Below, piece after piece: positions 41,007-50,262 of a stretch of 57,760 nt of DNA. Below the pieces are notes generated by a model that was not told the DNA's origin, ran no database searches, and worked only from the letters and a program-made list of their open reading frames with translations. The DNA is from Candidatus Magasanikiibacteriota bacterium (GTDB lineage: Bacteria > Patescibacteriota > Patescibacteriia > Magasanikbacterales > UBA922). The DNA is taken from positions 90,802-148,561 of the forward strand of contig JBAQFA010000009.1 of assembly GCA_049287025.1 (NCBI GenBank), read 5' to 3'. The first letter of the stretch is position 1; every line of letters begins with the position of its first letter. A program made the position numbers and the translations under genes.

Positions 41007-42064
41007 ATGGTTAATTTGTCTAATAGTTTAATAAGTTTTTTTGTTTGAGTTAGTGTACCAAGTGTGATTCTAATGGTCCCATCAATATTAGACCCAGTGC
41101 GTGGTCGAGTGAGAATATTATTAGTTTTGAGATGATTGAAAACTTTTTTTGGATTTGTTGGCTTGATCAAAATAAAATTAGCATTACTGTTGTAGTATTT
41201 GATATTTTTTTGTTTTAAATAATTTTCTAGCATTGGTTTGGATTTGGTCATGGTTTCACTCACATAATTGTTTAAGCCGGTTAAATTTTTTAATACATAT
41301 TCAACTGCTTTGATACCTAAAGTATTAATATCATAAGGTCCACGAACTTTTTGCATTTCTTTTATCAGTTTTTTGTTGGCAATAATATAACCAATTCGTA
41401 GTGAAGCCAGACCAAAGGCTTTGGAAAAAGTTCGGCTGATAACCAAGTTAGAGTATTTTTTTAGTAGTGGTACAGTTGTTATGCCAGCAAATTCAAAATA
41501 AGCTTCGTCAATATAGACAAGAGAATTTTTGGCTTTTTTTAGAATTTGTTCAATTTCTGTTAGGGAGAGACTGGTGCCAGTTGGATTGTTTGGATTGCAA
41601 ATGATTATTAGTTTAATTTTGTTAGAAAAACTTTTAAGAACTTCTTTTAGTGGAAAAGAAAGATCATCCTTATTGTATTGTGGTGTGATGATAATATTAT
41701 TACTTATGTTTGCATTTTGATAAAATCTAGCAAAGCTGGGTGATGGAATAATAACAAGATCATTTTCTTTGGTAAAAGATTTAAAAATTATTTCAATGGC
41801 CTGACCAGAGCCATTGGTAATTAAAATATTATCTTTTTTAACGCCAGCATATTTGGCAATTTTTTGGGTAATATTTTGGTACGCTGGATAAATGTTTAAT
41901 TGGTTTTTGTCTAAATATTTTTTTAAATATTTATTTATATTTTTGTCATAAGGTTCGGTTCGTTCATTAAAATCTAATAATAGATACCCCAAACCCGCCC
42001 GGCCTTCAAGGGGCGGGTTGTAGGGTTTCATTTTTAGTATATTGTCATTAACTAAGTTTTTCAT
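41000..42064 (-). CDS. hisC: Histidinol-phosphate aminotransferase
   Basis: Class II aminotransferase pattern: NPNNPTG, YIDEAYFEF, RTFSKAFGLASLRIGY (PLP Lys). Confidence 0.85.
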   Translation of the reverse strand: MKNLVNDNILKMKPYNPPLEGRAGLGYLLLDFNERTEPYDKNINKYLKKYLDKNQLNIYPAYQNITQKIAKYAGVKKDNILITNGSGQAIEIIFKSFTKENDLVIIPSPSFARFYQNANISNNIIITPQYNKDDLSFPLKEVLKSFSNKIKLIIICNPNNPTGTSLSLTEIEQILKKAKNSLVYIDEAYFEFAGITTVPLLKKYSNLVISRTFSKAFGLASLRIGYIIANKKLIKEMQKVRGPYDINTLGIKAVEYVLKNLTGLNNYVSETMTKSKPMLENYLKQKNIKYYNSNANFILIKPTNPKKVFNHLKTNNILTRPRTGSNIDGTIRITLGTLTQTKKLIKLLDKLTIC

Positions 42065-42065
42065 A

Positions 42066-43361
42066 TTATTTGAATCTGACTGAACAAGAATATTGGTGGG
42101 CTGGTAAATTTTCTACTTCAGCAAAGGTTTCAATGGTTTGTCTAATATTTTTTAGGCCAGTTTTGGTACAGCTTTGGTATTCCACCAGACGAACAAAGTC
42201 CATGACTGATAACCCAGAAAACATTTTGGCTGAGCCACCAGTTGGTAAGACGTGGTTTGCACCAGTGGCATAGTCGCCAGCCGATTTGCAAGTATATTTT
42301 CCAATAAAAATTGATCCAGCATTGGTGATTTGTTTTGCTATGGCTTTAGAGTTTCTTGTTATAATTTGAATGTGCTCTGGAGCATAGTCATTGGCAAAGT
42401 TAATACAATCTCTGATAGAATTGGCAATTATAATTTGGCTGTATTTTTTTATTGATTGTTTGATATAATTTTTGGTACTGAATGTATTGATTTGCGTCTT
42501 TATCAATTGCTGTACTTCTTTAGCTAATTTATTTGAGGTGGTAATAAGAATGGTGGCTGAATCTTCACCATGTTCAATATCACACATTAGATCAGCGGTA
42601 ACAAAATTTGGATTCGCAGTATCATCAGCAATAATTAAATTTTCTGATGGTCCAGCCGGTGAATCAATAGCAATTTTACCGCTCATAAGGCCAATCATTT
42701 TTGCCACGGTCACATAAGCATTGCCTGGACCAACAATTTTATCTACTTTGGATATGCTTTTGGTTCCATATGTGAGAGCACCAATAGCCTGTGTGCCACC
42801 AATCTTATAAATATTTTTTATACCAATCATGTCAGCGGCGACTAATATTTCTGGGGCAATTGTTCCATCCTTTCTCGGTGGAGTAGTAATAAAAATATTT
42901 TTACAGCCAGCGATTTTGGCAGGAATGCCATTCATTAGAACGGAAGAAGGATAAAGGGCTTTTCCACCTGGGACATACAGACCTACCCGTTCAATTGGTT
43001 GCCATTTTTTCCAGACCCCTATTCCTTTGCTTGGTTTAATTTTTTTTTCACCTGATAACGGAAGTTGATTTTTGTGTACAGCTGTAATATTATTTACGGC
43101 TTGTGTTAAAGCAGTTAAATATTTTTTACTGATTTTTTTGTAAGCAGTTTTGATTTCATTTGGGCTGACTTTTGGTTTATCAATAACTACCCCATCAAAT
43201 TTTTTGGTGTATTTTTTTATAGCGGTATCACCATTGGTTTCAATATCAAGCATAATTTTTTTTACCATAGGAAAAAGAATATCATAGTTTTGGCAACTGC
43301 GTTTCATTATAATTTGATAACGTTTGGTGGTTTTAAATTGATCTAATTTAACTATTTGCAT
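42066..43361 (-). CDS. hisD: Histidinol dehydrogenase
   Basis: YVPGGKALYPSSVLM, GPGNAYV, DIEHGEDS, APEHIQI, GDYATGANHVLPT. Confidence 0.9.
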   Translation of the reverse strand: MQIVKLDQFKTTKRYQIIMKRSCQNYDILFPMVKKIMLDIETNGDTAIKKYTKKFDGVVIDKPKVSPNEIKTAYKKISKKYLTALTQAVNNITAVHKNQLPLSGEKKIKPSKGIGVWKKWQPIERVGLYVPGGKALYPSSVLMNGIPAKIAGCKNIFITTPPRKDGTIAPEILVAADMIGIKNIYKIGGTQAIGALTYGTKSISKVDKIVGPGNAYVTVAKMIGLMSGKIAIDSPAGPSENLIIADDTANPNFVTADLMCDIEHGEDSATILITTSNKLAKEVQQLIKTQINTFSTKNYIKQSIKKYSQIIIANSIRDCINFANDYAPEHIQIITRNSKAIAKQITNAGSIFIGKYTCKSAGDYATGANHVLPTGGSAKMFSGLSVMDFVRLVEYQSCTKTGLKNIRQTIETFAEVENLPAHQYSCSVRFK

Positions 43362-43959
43362 ATTGTTTTATAAGGTCTAAAAAATTTTGTTTTTCTTGAT
43401 TTTTTGATTGACTTTGAATTAAGACAGCTTCTGATTTGAAAACGGTCGCGAATTGTTTTAAGCCACATTCTCGTAGAGTATTACCAGTTTGGGTAAGATC
43501 GCAAACTGCATCAGACAAGTTTAATCGTGGGGCTACCTCTACTGATCCGGAGACAGTTATTATGGTGCTTTGGATTTTGTTTTGTTTAAGAAATTTTTTT
43601 AGGATATTAGGATAAGAAGTAGCAATGGTTTTATTTTGTAAATTATTAATATTTTTTATTTTACTATCTTTTGGACTAGCCATGACTAGTTGGCATTTGC
43701 TAAAACCAAGTTTTTTCACTACTTTAGTCTGGTTGTTATTTTCACTAATTACATCTTCGCCAATAATACCAAAATCAATTAGATTATTATTTACATAATT
43801 GGGAATATCATCATCGCGGAGAAAGACTATCTCTATATTTGTCTTAGGGCATTTGGTTATTAATTGATTTTTGTTTTGTAAACAAGTTATACCTAAAGAA
43901 TTTAGAAATAAAATGCTTTCATCTCGCAGATGTCCCTTTTTTTGAATGGCGATTTTCAT
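43348..43959 (-). CDS. hisG: ATP phosphoribosyltransferase, short form (about 203 aa)
   Basis: MKIAIQKKGHL..., LRDDDIP.YV, DFGIIGED, DLTQTGNTLRE. No C-terminal regulatory domain. The start was taken at 43959. Confidence 0.8.
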   Translation of the reverse strand: MKIAIQKKGHLRDESILFLNSLGITCLQNKNQLITKCPKTNIEIVFLRDDDIPNYVNNNLIDFGIIGEDVISENNNQTKVVKKLGFSKCQLVMASPKDSKIKNINNLQNKTIATSYPNILKKFLKQNKIQSTIITVSGSVEVAPRLNLSDAVCDLTQTGNTLRECGLKQFATVFKSEAVLIQSQSKNQEKQNFLDLIKQYANS

Positions 43960-44094
43960 AATATAAGGAATAAAGAGTAAAGAGTAAGCCTGTCCGCAAT
44001 GCAAGTCCCGATAAAATCGGGATTGCAGGCGGGGAATAAGTTTTTGTAAAATACCGACTTGAGTTTATCCTGAGCGGAGCCAAAGAGTTCGGGG

Positions 44095-44124
44095 TAAACA
44101 AAAAATCGCCTGATTTAGCGATTT
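44095..44124 (-). terminator. Intrinsic-terminator-like hairpin inside the his leader (possible attenuator)
   Basis: Minus strand AAATCGC-TAAATCAG-GCGATTT followed by TTTGTTTA. Lies between the his promoter and hisG. Confidence 0.5.
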
Positions 44125-44224
44125 GTATGACCTCAAAATAAAACCTGTCTTTGGTTTTACCAGAGGCCTATTTTGTGATGGCTTAAATTTTGCTTGAATT
44201 TATTGTTCATATTCTTGTATTAAC

Positions 44225-44253
44225 ATATTAATACAAATAAAATGATTTGTCAA
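44225..44253 (-). promoter_or_regulatory. Sigma70 promoter of the his operon
   Basis: Minus strand TTGACA-17 nt-TAATAT, about 265 nt upstream of hisG. Confidence 0.6.
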
Positions 44254-44296
44254 ATATGGGGTGTGGATAACCACTAATTTTTACACTAATTTGCAC

Positions 44297-44328
44297 TAAT
44301 AAAAAACTGGCTTATTTGGCCAGTTTTT
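44297..44328 (-). terminator. Intrinsic terminator of the TrpR/YerC-like gene (stop codon in the loop)
   Basis: Minus strand AAAAACTGGC-CAAATAA-GCCAGTTTTT followed by TATT. Confidence 0.7.
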
Positions 44329-44596
44329 CTAAAGTCTTTTTATAACCACCTTCACCATGTTTTAACCAACGGGCGATACGAGTGACAGTCGCGGTACTCA
44401 TACCAGTTTTGGCGGCGATTTCTCTATAAGTTTTTTTATTATTTATCATCTGAACAGCTTCCCAGCGATGGGATATTTCGGTTAACTCTTCCAGAGTGCA
44501 AAGATCACGAAGAAAGTTGGCGATATCTTTTTCATTGTCTAGTGTAGCTAAGGCTTTGGATAAGTTTTTAAGTTGGGGGGTTTTCCAGGTTAACAT
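44312..44596 (-). CDS. TrpR-fold YerC/YecD-family DNA-binding protein
   Basis: 94 aa. LCTLEELTEISHRWEAVQMINNKKTYREIAAKTGMSTATVTRIARWLKHGEGGY matches the YerC/YecD pattern. Confidence 0.75.
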   Translation of the reverse strand: MLTWKTPQLKNLSKALATLDNEKDIANFLRDLCTLEELTEISHRWEAVQMINNKKTYREIAAKTGMSTATVTRIARWLKHGEGGYKKTLEKLAK

Positions 44597-44624
44597 ATAA
44601 CACGGATTAAAAGGAATTAAAGGA

Positions 44625-45941
44625 TTATACGGAATGTTTTGATTGGTCGTCTGTAATTATTAGTAAGGCTGGTAATAACCAAAATAAGACTGAGAGATCG
44701 TTTTTGATATAAGGAGAGTCAACTAGACCTGTAATAATTATTGTTGTCAAAGAAGCAATTAGAAAGAATCGTATGTTGGGCATTTTTATGTGTTTTTTGA
44801 ATAAGGAATAAGGAATAAGGAATAAGGAAATTAAAATTCCAGTAAAACTTACTAGACCTAATAAACCTAGATTAACCCACATGGTTAAAAATATATTATG
44901 GGGATGATGAAAAATTTCTATGCCTTCACCATTGACTGTGGTGTGGTAAGATTTGATTTTTTCAGAATAAGAAGCCAGACCAGCACCAGAGATTGGGTTA
45001 TCTTTGAGAAATTGCCAAGTTTCATTCCAGATAGATAGGCGAATTTGACCAGAGCGATCTCGGAGGAGAACTTCATTCTTCAGGCCTGAGAGGCTTGAAA
45101 GGCTAAAAAGGCTTAAAATGCCAATTATGCCGACTACTACAGTAATCCAACGAGTTTTTTTATAGAATAAAAGTAAGAGACCGATGCCAGAAATTAATCC
45201 GATTAAAGGACCGGTGCCTTTGGAATAAATTATGGCCATCAGATAGCAAATAGCAAATAGCAAATAGCAAATTAATAATAACCAATTTTTTTGTTTTATT
45301 TTGTTCCATTCATGGATGATTAAAAATAGTATTAATGGAATTAAGGGCGCTAAAAATAGTCCAACAGCATTGGGGAAACCATACCAAGCGGTGACACGGA
45401 AGGTATTTTGATTTTGCCAAAAGGCATAAGGAACTAGCCAACCGGTGAGGTGTTGGTAGATGGCGAGAAGCGATGTTAAAAAACCGGAAAGAATTAAAGC
45501 AAAAATAATATTGTTTACAAAATTTTCTTTTTTTGTAATTAGTAATTGGTAATTAGTAATTAGGATAATAAATAATAGTGTAGGTTCAATATAGAACGCT
45601 TTCCATTCTCCAAGGGCTGAGCGTGTGTCTGTGGAAATGAATATAGATATAGTAGAAGCAAGAATAAAAAATGCCACACCAATAAACAGTAGCCAGTGAT
45701 CAGTGATCAGTGATTTGATTTTTGGAATTATATTTTTATTAAATTTTACAAACCAAATGACAATAATAATCCAAAGCATTACTTCCAGTAGAGTCGTGGG
45801 AAGTGGGCCGATGTTAAATCTAATTAAATAAGTTGGTAAAAGGAAAAAGAAAAGATAAAGACCCCAGGAAAAATTTTTCCAGGTAAAATAAGTAAACAGT
45901 AAGCAGTAAACAGTAGGCAATATTATATTAGTTATGAGCAT
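44625..45941 (-). CDS. O-antigen ligase / Wzy_C-like polytopic membrane protein
   Basis: About 11 TM segments, with a periplasmic loop NETWQFLKDNPISGAGLASY...HPHNIFLTMWVNLGLLGL typical of Wzy_C. Contains five heptamer arrays in frame. Confidence 0.65.
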   Translation of the reverse strand: MLITNIILPTVYCLLFTYFTWKNFSWGLYLFFFLLPTYLIRFNIGPLPTTLLEVMLWIIIVIWFVKFNKNIIPKIKSLITDHWLLFIGVAFFILASTISIFISTDTRSALGEWKAFYIEPTLLFIILITNYQLLITKKENFVNNIIFALILSGFLTSLLAIYQHLTGWLVPYAFWQNQNTFRVTAWYGFPNAVGLFLAPLIPLILFLIIHEWNKIKQKNWLLLICYLLFAICYLMAIIYSKGTGPLIGLISGIGLLLLFYKKTRWITVVVGIIGILSLFSLSSLSGLKNEVLLRDRSGQIRLSIWNETWQFLKDNPISGAGLASYSEKIKSYHTTVNGEGIEIFHHPHNIFLTMWVNLGLLGLVSFTGILISLFLIPYSLFKKHIKMPNIRFFLIASLTTIIITGLVDSPYIKNDLSVLFWLLPALLIITDDQSKHSV

Positions 45942-46836
45942 ATCTGGTTAATTTTGGATCAACGGATTTTCTTTTTATAGTAAAATAAACCCCTATGGCC
46001 ATAAATATTATACCTATCCATTTATAAAGACTAATTTCTTCTTTTAAAATAAATATCAAAATAAACAAACTAGAGATTGGGAAAGTCATAATTAGGGAAA
46101 TAGTTTTTGAGATATCAAGTCGTTTTAAACCCTCATAGAATAATATACTAGATATTGCCATTATGGCAGAGCCACTTATAAATATTATTAGTAAATTATC
46201 AGTAAGAGTTTTTTTAATGTCTAAATCAGGTGATATAAAATGTGATATCGTTAGCAGTATTAGGCCACCTATTAAAAAACGAAAGAATAAAATTACTGAT
46301 GGAGCAACCAAATTGAGAGCTTTTTTTGCATAAAAATTTCCAAAAGGATAACATAGAGTGCTTAATACTATAAGTAGATCCCCAGCATTTAATTTTAGGC
46401 TACCATTGTACATTATAAATAGAGCACCAAAAAAAATTCCACTCGCACCAAATATTTTGTATAGACTTGTGCGTTCACCAAAGAAAGGAGTTATAATCAT
46501 TGTAAAAATTATCTCCGATAAAAGTAAAAGTGAAGTGTTTAATCCGGATGTTTTACTAGCACCAATGAAAAAGAGATAGTAAGGAATAACTATGATTAAT
46601 AGAGTTACTAGTAAAATATAAAAATAACTTTTTGTATCTAATAAACTTTTAGTATTTTTAGTTAATATAACATAGATAAGGCAAGTTAGGCTGGCAAAAA
46701 TAGATGAAATCCCTGCATAAAAAATAGGATCAATATGTTTTGTTCCACTATTTATTACTATTGCAAATGCTCCCCAGAGTATTGATTGAGTTAGTAAGAA
46801 AAACACCCCAGTTGTTTCTGGTTTTAATTTAAACAT
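45928..46836 (-). CDS. EamA/DMT-family transporter
   Basis: 302 aa with 10 TM segments in two repeated halves. Confidence 0.65.
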   Translation of the reverse strand: MFKLKPETTGVFFLLTQSILWGAFAIVINSGTKHIDPIFYAGISSIFASLTCLIYVILTKNTKSLLDTKSYFYILLVTLLIIVIPYYLFFIGASKTSGLNTSLLLLSEIIFTMIITPFFGERTSLYKIFGASGIFFGALFIMYNGSLKLNAGDLLIVLSTLCYPFGNFYAKKALNLVAPSVILFFRFLIGGLILLTISHFISPDLDIKKTLTDNLLIIFISGSAIMAISSILFYEGLKRLDISKTISLIMTFPISSLFILIFILKEEISLYKWIGIIFMAIGVYFTIKRKSVDPKLTRYAHN

Positions 46837-48256
46837 CTTTTTTAATAGAAATGATTTCTGAAATCGTCTGTTTAGAAATTCCTTTGGTCAATATTAATAT
46901 TAAACCATAGACGACAATACCAATTATGGCTAACACAATAATATTTAATTGTTTTAAATATAAAAGTGTGATTCCCATCACTAGACTGGCAAAAATAATC
47001 TTTCCAAAAGTATTTAATTTTAATTTTTCTTTGGTATGTTTTTTTATTACAAACCATAATAAAATTCCCGCATAAAGTTCAGAAAAAACTGTCATCCAGG
47101 CACCGCCATACATACCATAGAGGGGAATAAATATTAAATAACCAACTAAAGTAATAATAGAATCTGAAATATATATCCACATGGTTTGTTTTTGTTTATT
47201 AATGGCTACGGCTGTATGACCAAAGACCGCACCAAGATAAAGGCCAAAAACTGCCAAAGATAAAATTTGTAAAATTGGAGTGGCATCTATAAAATTTACT
47301 CCGCCGACTAACAAAATAATTTTATCGGCCAGAATTATGGAAGCCACTAAAATTGGCACAGCCAAGAGCATAAGAGTATCAAAAGACATTTGGTAATATT
47401 TTTTGAAATGATCTTTGATATCACGTGACCAATGGTAAGCCATGAGCGGGAGCATGACGCCCATAATCATCATAGCGGTCTGAGAAAAAATATCTATTAC
47501 GCGATAAGCCGCGCCATACAGACCAACTTCGGTTTGAGTTTTGAATATAGACAAAAGAATAGTATCACCTTTGAGATAAATGACATTGAAAATAATAGAA
47601 ATGGCAATGGGCCACATTTTTATAATAATACTTTTCCAAATTGTTAGATCAAACCCAAAAGAGATGGGCGTATATTTTTTGGCGGATAACAAAAGAAAAG
47701 CGGTGTAGGCCACGCTGTTCAAAACCACAACCCACATAACAGAAATAAAATCCATTTGTTGTTTTATCAACAACCAAAGTCCGACCACCAAAACGATTCT
47801 GCCAATGTTTTCACCAATCGCTTGAATATGCATTTTTAATCTGGTTTGAAAAAAACCAAGTAAGACTTGGTTCATGGCTACTGACAAGAAAGTAATAGTA
47901 CTGATAGCAATGGCGATTTTTATTTCTGTATTATAAGGAAAAAATAACGCAATGGCTGGAGCTAAAGCTAAAAATATTAAAGCGGTCACAAATCTAAAAC
48001 CAAGTAAATTTTTGAATAGTTTAGCTTTGTCATGCTCAGGCTCACTTAACATTTGGGCACTAACAGGGATTAGACCAAAATCAATCATAATGCCAATAAA
48101 TTGCAAAAAAGCCATGGTCGTAATATACCAGCCAAATTTTTCTTGACCTAAGTATCTAGTCATCAACCCTAAGGCCAAAAGACCTAAAGCAGTAGAGAAT
48201 ATTTTGCCAATTATTTGATAAATTGTGTTGTGGGCGATTGTCCTCGTTGTTGTCAT
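46829..48256 (-). CDS. Wzx-like polysaccharide/oligosaccharide flippase (MOP superfamily)
   Basis: 475 aa with about 12-14 TM segments. The N-terminus TIAHNTIYQIIGKIFSTALGLLALGLMTRYLGQEKFG is typical of the family. Confidence 0.65.
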   Translation of the reverse strand: MTTTRTIAHNTIYQIIGKIFSTALGLLALGLMTRYLGQEKFGWYITTMAFLQFIGIMIDFGLIPVSAQMLSEPEHDKAKLFKNLLGFRFVTALIFLALAPAIALFFPYNTEIKIAIAISTITFLSVAMNQVLLGFFQTRLKMHIQAIGENIGRIVLVVGLWLLIKQQMDFISVMWVVVLNSVAYTAFLLLSAKKYTPISFGFDLTIWKSIIIKMWPIAISIIFNVIYLKGDTILLSIFKTQTEVGLYGAAYRVIDIFSQTAMMIMGVMLPLMAYHWSRDIKDHFKKYYQMSFDTLMLLAVPILVASIILADKIILLVGGVNFIDATPILQILSLAVFGLYLGAVFGHTAVAINKQKQTMWIYISDSIITLVGYLIFIPLYGMYGGAWMTVFSELYAGILLWFVIKKHTKEKLKLNTFGKIIFASLVMGITLLYLKQLNIIVLAIIGIVVYGLILILTKGISKQTISEIISIKKDV

Positions 48257-48356
48257 ATATTAGTTATTTAAAGTAATCTTATCATTTTTTCTCTAAAATT
48301 ACAACAATATTTGTTAATATTTAAAAAAAGTTTTGGATATGTTATAATATTCATCT

Positions 48357-50168
48357 ATGAATAAAAAAACCATATTTTTCGCTATAATATTTAGTCTATT
48401 TTTATCCAATTCAGTTAAAGCCGTTGAACCAGAGGTAGTAGTAAAAGATGAGGCCTATACTGCCAAATATGTCTCTCAGTCAGTGTCTGATCCAATTGAA
48501 ATTGAGGCTGGGAGTACAAAGACTGTGGTAATAAAATTTAAAAATACCGGTACGGCTATTTGGAATTCTTCGGGTAGTCGTTTTATTTCTGCCTATACTA
48601 TGGAGCCAAGAGATCGTGTGTCTGTTTTTAAAGGTAAAAATTGGACTAGTGGCAAACAAACTGGAAAAATATCAGCCCAAGTAAAACCGGGTGGAGTGGT
48701 CGAACTCTCAATTGATCTTCAAGCGCCAGAAAAAACGGGTGAATATATAGAAAAATTTTATTTAGCTGCCGAAAATTATTCTTGGGTAAAGAATGGTTAT
48801 TTTTATTTCAAAATAAAAGTTGTGCCAAAAAAGATAGTAGAAACACCAGTAGAAAATGAAATAATTCCGAGTGTAAATGATTCTAGTTATGTTGCCAAAA
48901 GATTAATTTTGAGTAAGAAGTCGGTGACAGCTCCTGGGGGAGAACAGACCAAGATTGTTATTGGTTATCAAAATAATGGCAAGAACACTTGGAATAAATA
49001 TAAATTGACTAATGAAGATAAAAATTATTTTGATAGCACTTGGGGTAGTAGTGGAAAAGTATTGGAAAAAGCCGAAGAAATTTTACCAACTAAGTTTTTA
49101 AGGGAAACTTTTTATTTTCGTATCCCAGCCAAAAAAGGTGATTATATTGCTAAGTTTAAATTAGAGATTGATGAAGGAAAATTTATTGATGAAATTAATA
49201 TCCCAATCACAGTGACAGCTGACGCTCCAGATGATTATCAAGTGTCAGAATTAGAAACAGAAGTAGAAGATAATGGTGTAATAAATAATATTCGTTTGGA
49301 AAATGAACCAAGAGTAAGAGTGGGAATAACGGCACCAGAAACAAATTTTATTCAATTTCGGTCTTATGATGATGATTACAATGTTTTTGATGGTAATAAA
49401 TTACAGGGCGTTTTGGCAAAACGAAAGTTTGCGGTTATTAAATATAATGATGGCGAATATAATTTTAAAGGTGGAGATTTAGATTTTGATAGTGATAATT
49501 TTATCCGTCTGGAACCAATTACTAATTCTCATGCGATTTTTCATATTCCAAATTTAAATACCCGGGTAGCCAAGTGGGTGGATCCAAATAAACTATTTAA
49601 TAAATATCGCGGAGCTGTAGAGTATCGTCAAGGTACAGTTGATAAAAAAATGTATATAGTGAATGATGTCTTACTTGAGGATTATGTAAAAGGTATGGCT
49701 GAGGTGGGGAGAGCAGATCCAATTGAATTTATAAAAGCGAATCTGGTAGCAGCGCGTAATTATGCCTATATTGCCAAAAATAAATATCCATTTTTTGATG
49801 TAGTGGCTAATACTTATGACCAACTTTATTTAGGGTTTGAAGCGGAAGAAGTTTTGCCAATGGTAGTAGAGGCACAAGAGGCGACACGGGGAATGTTTGT
49901 TACTTATAATAATGAAGTAGTGACTACACCATATTTTGGCAATAGCAATGGCAAGACTAAGAGTTTTTCTAGTGTTTGGGGTGGGGCCAATAAGCCTTGG
50001 TTAGTGTCAGTGGTGGCTGATTATGATAAAGGAAAAAAGCTGTTTGGTCATGGGGTGGGTATGAGTCAGCGCGATGCCAATTTACGCGCAAAAAATGAGG
50101 GATTAAATTTTGTGGGATTATTAAAACATTATTATACAGGGGTGAAGGTGGAGAAGTTGTATGAATAA
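48357..50168 (+). CDS. SpoIID/LytB-domain protein with N-terminal Ig-like repeat domains
   Basis: Signal peptide, followed by two similar ~130-aa modules (…KNTGTAIWNS… / …QNNGKNTWNK…). The C-terminal SpoIID-like region carries LEDYVKGMAEV, ANLVAARNYAYI, TYDQLYLG and YFGNSNGKT. Confidence 0.7.
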   Translation: MNKKTIFFAIIFSLFLSNSVKAVEPEVVVKDEAYTAKYVSQSVSDPIEIEAGSTKTVVIKFKNTGTAIWNSSGSRFISAYTMEPRDRVSVFKGKNWTSGKQTGKISAQVKPGGVVELSIDLQAPEKTGEYIEKFYLAAENYSWVKNGYFYFKIKVVPKKIVETPVENEIIPSVNDSSYVAKRLILSKKSVTAPGGEQTKIVIGYQNNGKNTWNKYKLTNEDKNYFDSTWGSSGKVLEKAEEILPTKFLRETFYFRIPAKKGDYIAKFKLEIDEGKFIDEINIPITVTADAPDDYQVSELETEVEDNGVINNIRLENEPRVRVGITAPETNFIQFRSYDDDYNVFDGNKLQGVLAKRKFAVIKYNDGEYNFKGGDLDFDSDNFIRLEPITNSHAIFHIPNLNTRVAKWVDPNKLFNKYRGAVEYRQGTVDKKMYIVNDVLLEDYVKGMAEVGRADPIEFIKANLVAARNYAYIAKNKYPFFDVVANTYDQLYLGFEAEEVLPMVVEAQEATRGMFVTYNNEVVTTPYFGNSNGKTKSFSSVWGGANKPWLVSVVADYDKGKKLFGHGVGMSQRDANLRAKNEGLNFVGLLKHYYTGVKVEKLYE

Positions 50169-50232
50169 CACATATCACATACAACATATCACGTAACACA
50201 AATCATATATTTTTCGGTTTGGTTTGTAAATT

Positions 50233-50262
50233 AAAAAATCCTGATTAAAATCAGGTTTTTTT
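50233..50262. terminator. Bidirectional terminator overlapping the stop of 50251..51342
   Basis: AAAAAATCCTGA-TTAAAA-TCAGGTTTTTTT. Confidence 0.7.

Noticed and set aside
43960-44224. T-box riboswitch or His-codon attenuation peptide in the his leader.
   Set aside because: No T-box core (GGTGGTACCGCG-like), no specifier-loop context, and at most two adjacent His codons in any frame.
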